64,000 bases of DNA, taken from positions 21,505-85,504 of the forward strand of contig SUWI01000001.1 in assembly GCA_015061565.1 (NCBI GenBank). The letters are read 5' to 3'. The stretch is from Lentisphaerota bacterium. GTDB lineage: Bacteria; Verrucomicrobiota; Lentisphaeria; Victivallales; UBA1829. The position numbers were made by a program, and so were the translations under genes. The notes below the pieces were generated by a model. That model was given only the letters and a program-made list of their open reading frames with translations, ran no database searches and was not told the origin of the DNA. This document shows, piece by piece, positions 61,538-64,000 of the stretch (within the stretch, counting starts at the first letter, position 1; every line of letters starts with the position of its first letter).

Positions 61538-64000
61538 GTGTTTTTTTCTAAACGGAAGACAACCATCAAATCAATGCTGACGCTTCTGGCGGCTGGTGGG
61601 TTATTGTTGTCTCTGCATGGCGGACCGATCGGGGGTTCGGGCGGCATATCGGGTCTTGGCGGCATAAACAACCTGAAAGATTCTTTTCAACTGCCTCAGA
61701 TCGGCTCTTTGAACCAGGAAGACATCGATATGAGTGCGGACACCTATGAATACATCGGGTCCAATCTGGTTGCACGAGGTCATGCGGTGATCAAAGTGAA
61801 AAATCTTCAGGTTACCGCGGATGCGATCACGGTCAATCTGCTGACCAAAGACTTGGAGGCTGCGGGGAATGTGACCTTTGCGACGCAGGTGTTCGAAAAA
61901 CGGAATCTGACGCCGGAACAGTATGAGAAACTGATGGAGCAGCCGGCATACAAGGTCATAGCCGAGGGAATCAGTACCAAACCGGACGGGAATCAGACGA
62001 TCCTGGCGACAGTGATTTCGAACTGTGCGTACCTGTCGGCGGAACGTGCTTCGGGGAGCATGGAAACGGGAGCGTTCCAGTTCCGGAATTTCTTCATCAA
62101 AGCTGGGTACATGTATTTTCGTGGATTTCTGGCTGAACGTTATCCGAACGGGACGGTCAAGATGTTTGATTCACGGATGACGACATGCGAATATGAAATG
62201 GATTCGAATGCCCATTACGGGATCAAGTCTTCGGTGATGACGCTGAAACCGAGGGAATCGAACCGGAGCATTCATAACTACAATCCGGATATGGGTGAGC
62301 ACAGTCTGCTGATGCTGAGTGATTTCATCAATGTATGGAATGTGCCGGTTTTCTGGCTGCCGGCGTTGTATAAACCGGCAGATTCCAATTCTTTCGGCAT
62401 ACGGTTTGAATTCGGCGACGCTTCGGGCTGGGGATATTATCTGAGGACCCTGAAGGAATTTGACATCATAGAAGAACCTGCCGTGATCCGAGCGGGGCTG
62501 ATGGTGGATTATTATTCAAATCGCGGACTGGGGATGGGCACCTCGGTCGATATTCTGACGGCCAATTCGAAAACGGAACTGTTCGCCTATTATCTGCATG
62601 ACCGCAATCCCTACAATTACTGGGATAAAGCACGGAACAAAGTGGAAGACGGCTGGACCGATAAGGAATGGTTTGCGCAATACGGCCGCTATGAATTGCC
62701 GAATGACCGGTATGAATTCCGGCTGGCGAATCTGACCCATCTGACGCCGCGACTGGATTTTCGCGGAGTAGTTGACGTCATCAGCGATTTCAATTTTCTG
62801 GAAGATTTTTTTGAATCCCGTTATAATGAGAATGAACAGCCTCCGTCTTATGCGGCAGTGGAATATCAGGGTGAACATTTTTCCGCCACGCTGCAGACGA
62901 CCTTCCGGGTAAACGACTTTTACACCACGATGGAACGGCTGCCGGAACTGCGGATCGATATCTTCCGGCAGGAACTTTTCAAAAATATCTATTACCAGGG
63001 TGAAACCTCGGCCGGATTCTACCGTACCAAGTGGCAGAAATATGATTTTCCGCGCGGAATGAATCCCAATCTGAACATTCCCGCTCTGCTGATCAAAGAA
63101 AATAAGACCTATCTATGGAGCGAAATTGTCAAGCGGTATGGCATAACCAATAAATACGGCGCTTCAAAATACCTGGCGGCGGAGGATCCGGAAGCCTTTG
63201 CGGGATATTTTGAGGATCCGAAAGATTATTCATCCTATCGGTTTGATACCCTTCACGCTCTGTATTACCCGATTCAGCTCTTCGGATTCCTGAATTTGAT
63301 CCCTCGCGCGGTCGGCCGATTCACTGCTTATTCCGATTCCTCGAAAAAAGCGATGGATGTGGAAGATCTCTATACCATGTATGCGCTGGATGAAAAATAC
63401 AAATGGCCCAATTATGAGATCAAAGCGGTGAATTATGATGACAAGGGCGGGGCACGCTACCGTTTCGCTGTTGAGCTGGGATTGGAGGGAAATGTCAAAC
63501 TTTCCCGAGCCTGGCAGACCCCGCGCAACGCTTACTGGGAGATCGACGGACTCCGGCATGTCGCAGTTCCGTATTTCAACCTGATCTATATTCCGAAACC
63601 CACGGAGGATTATCAGCATCTTTATTATTTTGATGAAGTTGACCAGATCGAAGAAACCGCATTTGTCCGGCTCGGCATCCAGAATCGTCTGCAGACCCGT
63701 CGGAATAATCGCCTGTATCAGTGGATATCCATGGAAAATTATTGGGATTTCCATTTCAACAAGTCCAAAGATTTCAATCATATCGGTGATCTCGGAACGA
63801 TTTTCAGGTTTACCCCGACTAGCAAACTGTCATTTTTCACGGAATTCCTTCTGGATGTCGGCAACAACAACGATCACGATTTTGAGGTTTACCGCAAAGG
63901 CGAAAGTGTCGGCCGGCCGGGCTTAAGCTGGAAACTGATCAACAAATTCAACGCCGGTTTCAGTTATCAATTCGCTACGGACTGGCGTTTAACTCTCAAT
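61538..64000 (+). CDS. lptD: LPS-assembly outer-membrane protein LptD/OstA-like (3' end outside window)
   Basis: Open frame with no stop before the window end, so it is absent from the ORF track. GTG 61538 or ATG 61574 gives signal peptide ...KSMLTLLAAGGLLLSLHG. OstA-N-like ADTYEYIGSNLVARGHAVIKVKNLQVTADAITVNL...AAGNVTF. Beta-barrel-like sequence through the end. Confidence 0.7.
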   Translation, partial: MFFSKRKTTIKSMLTLLAAGGLLLSLHGGPIGGSGGISGLGGINNLKDSFQLPQIGSLNQEDIDMSADTYEYIGSNLVARGHAVIKVKNLQVTADAITVNLLTKDLEAAGNVTFATQVFEKRNLTPEQYEKLMEQPAYKVIAEGISTKPDGNQTILATVISNCAYLSAERASGSMETGAFQFRNFFIKAGYMYFRGFLAERYPNGTVKMFDSRMTTCEYEMDSNAHYGIKSSVMTLKPRESNRSIHNYNPDMGEHSLLMLSDFINVWNVPVFWLPALYKPADSNSFGIRFEFGDASGWGYYLRTLKEFDIIEEPAVIRAGLMVDYYSNRGLGMGTSVDILTANSKTELFAYYLHDRNPYNYWDKARNKVEDGWTDKEWFAQYGRYELPNDRYEFRLANLTHLTPRLDFRGVVDVISDFNFLEDFFESRYNENEQPPSYAAVEYQGEHFSATLQTTFRVNDFYTTMERLPELRIDIFRQELFKNIYYQGETSAGFYRTKWQKYDFPRGMNPNLNIPALLIKENKTYLWSEIVKRYGITNKYGASKYLAAEDPEAFAGYFEDPKDYSSYRFDTLHALYYPIQLFGFLNLIPRAVGRFTAYSDSSKKAMDVEDLYTMYALDEKYKWPNYEIKAVNYDDKGGARYRFAVELGLEGNVKLSRAWQTPRNAYWEIDGLRHVAVPYFNLIYIPKPTEDYQHLYYFDEVDQIEETAFVRLGIQNRLQTRRNNRLYQWISMENYWDFHFNKSKDFNHIGDLGTIFRFTPTSKLSFFTEFLLDVGNNNDHDFEVYRKGESVGRPGLSWKLINKFNAGFSYQFATDWRLTLN

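Overview
High-GC bacterial chromosomal segment. The gene content suggests a PVC-group organism such as Lentisphaerota, Kiritimatiellota or Planctomycetota (inference only): a DUF1559/prepilin-type pseudopilin, FGE-sulfatase-domain paralogs, an ECF sigma factor coupled to a Ser/Thr kinase, and a giant LamG protein. I support about 52 CDS. I recognised no rRNA, tRNA, CRISPR array, transposase or integrase. Housekeeping blocks are ilvB (partial), comEC, sppA; pyrG-purF divergent from gltBD; recF-dnaN; gmhA-uppS-cdsA; asnC-aminotransferase-dsbD-like; dut; rsuA-type; lptD (partial). Accessory blocks: (i) a LysR-controlled redox/detox operon with several lipoprotein-signal proteins (7.2-12.8 kb). 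(ii) An ECF sigma/Ser-Thr kinase operon surrounded by four copies of a promoter-like motif, TGTAGA-N16-C(A/G)TTCT, each pointing at a gene start including the sigma operon itself (12.9-20.7 kb). (iii) An operon encoding a NapH/NapG-like fused polyferredoxin, LarC and two Tat-signal aldo-keto-reductase/ferredoxin paralogs (20.7-25.9 kb). (iv) Glycan-utilisation-type genes (26-34 kb). (v) The most unusual region, 51.7-60.6 kb. It holds a ~700 bp non-coding stretch ending in an intrinsic terminator, then a cassette of unknown genes whose last member is AT-rich and has uracil-DNA-glycosylase-fold motifs, then dut. Next comes a six-gene, largely ATGA-coupled minus-strand operon: three uncharacterised small genes precede a TerY-P-like kinase/vWA/PP2C triad. 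A WYL-domain regulator is transcribed divergently. This defence-island-like region is my best candidate for an undescribed system. All functional calls rest on motif recognition by eye; no searches were run.
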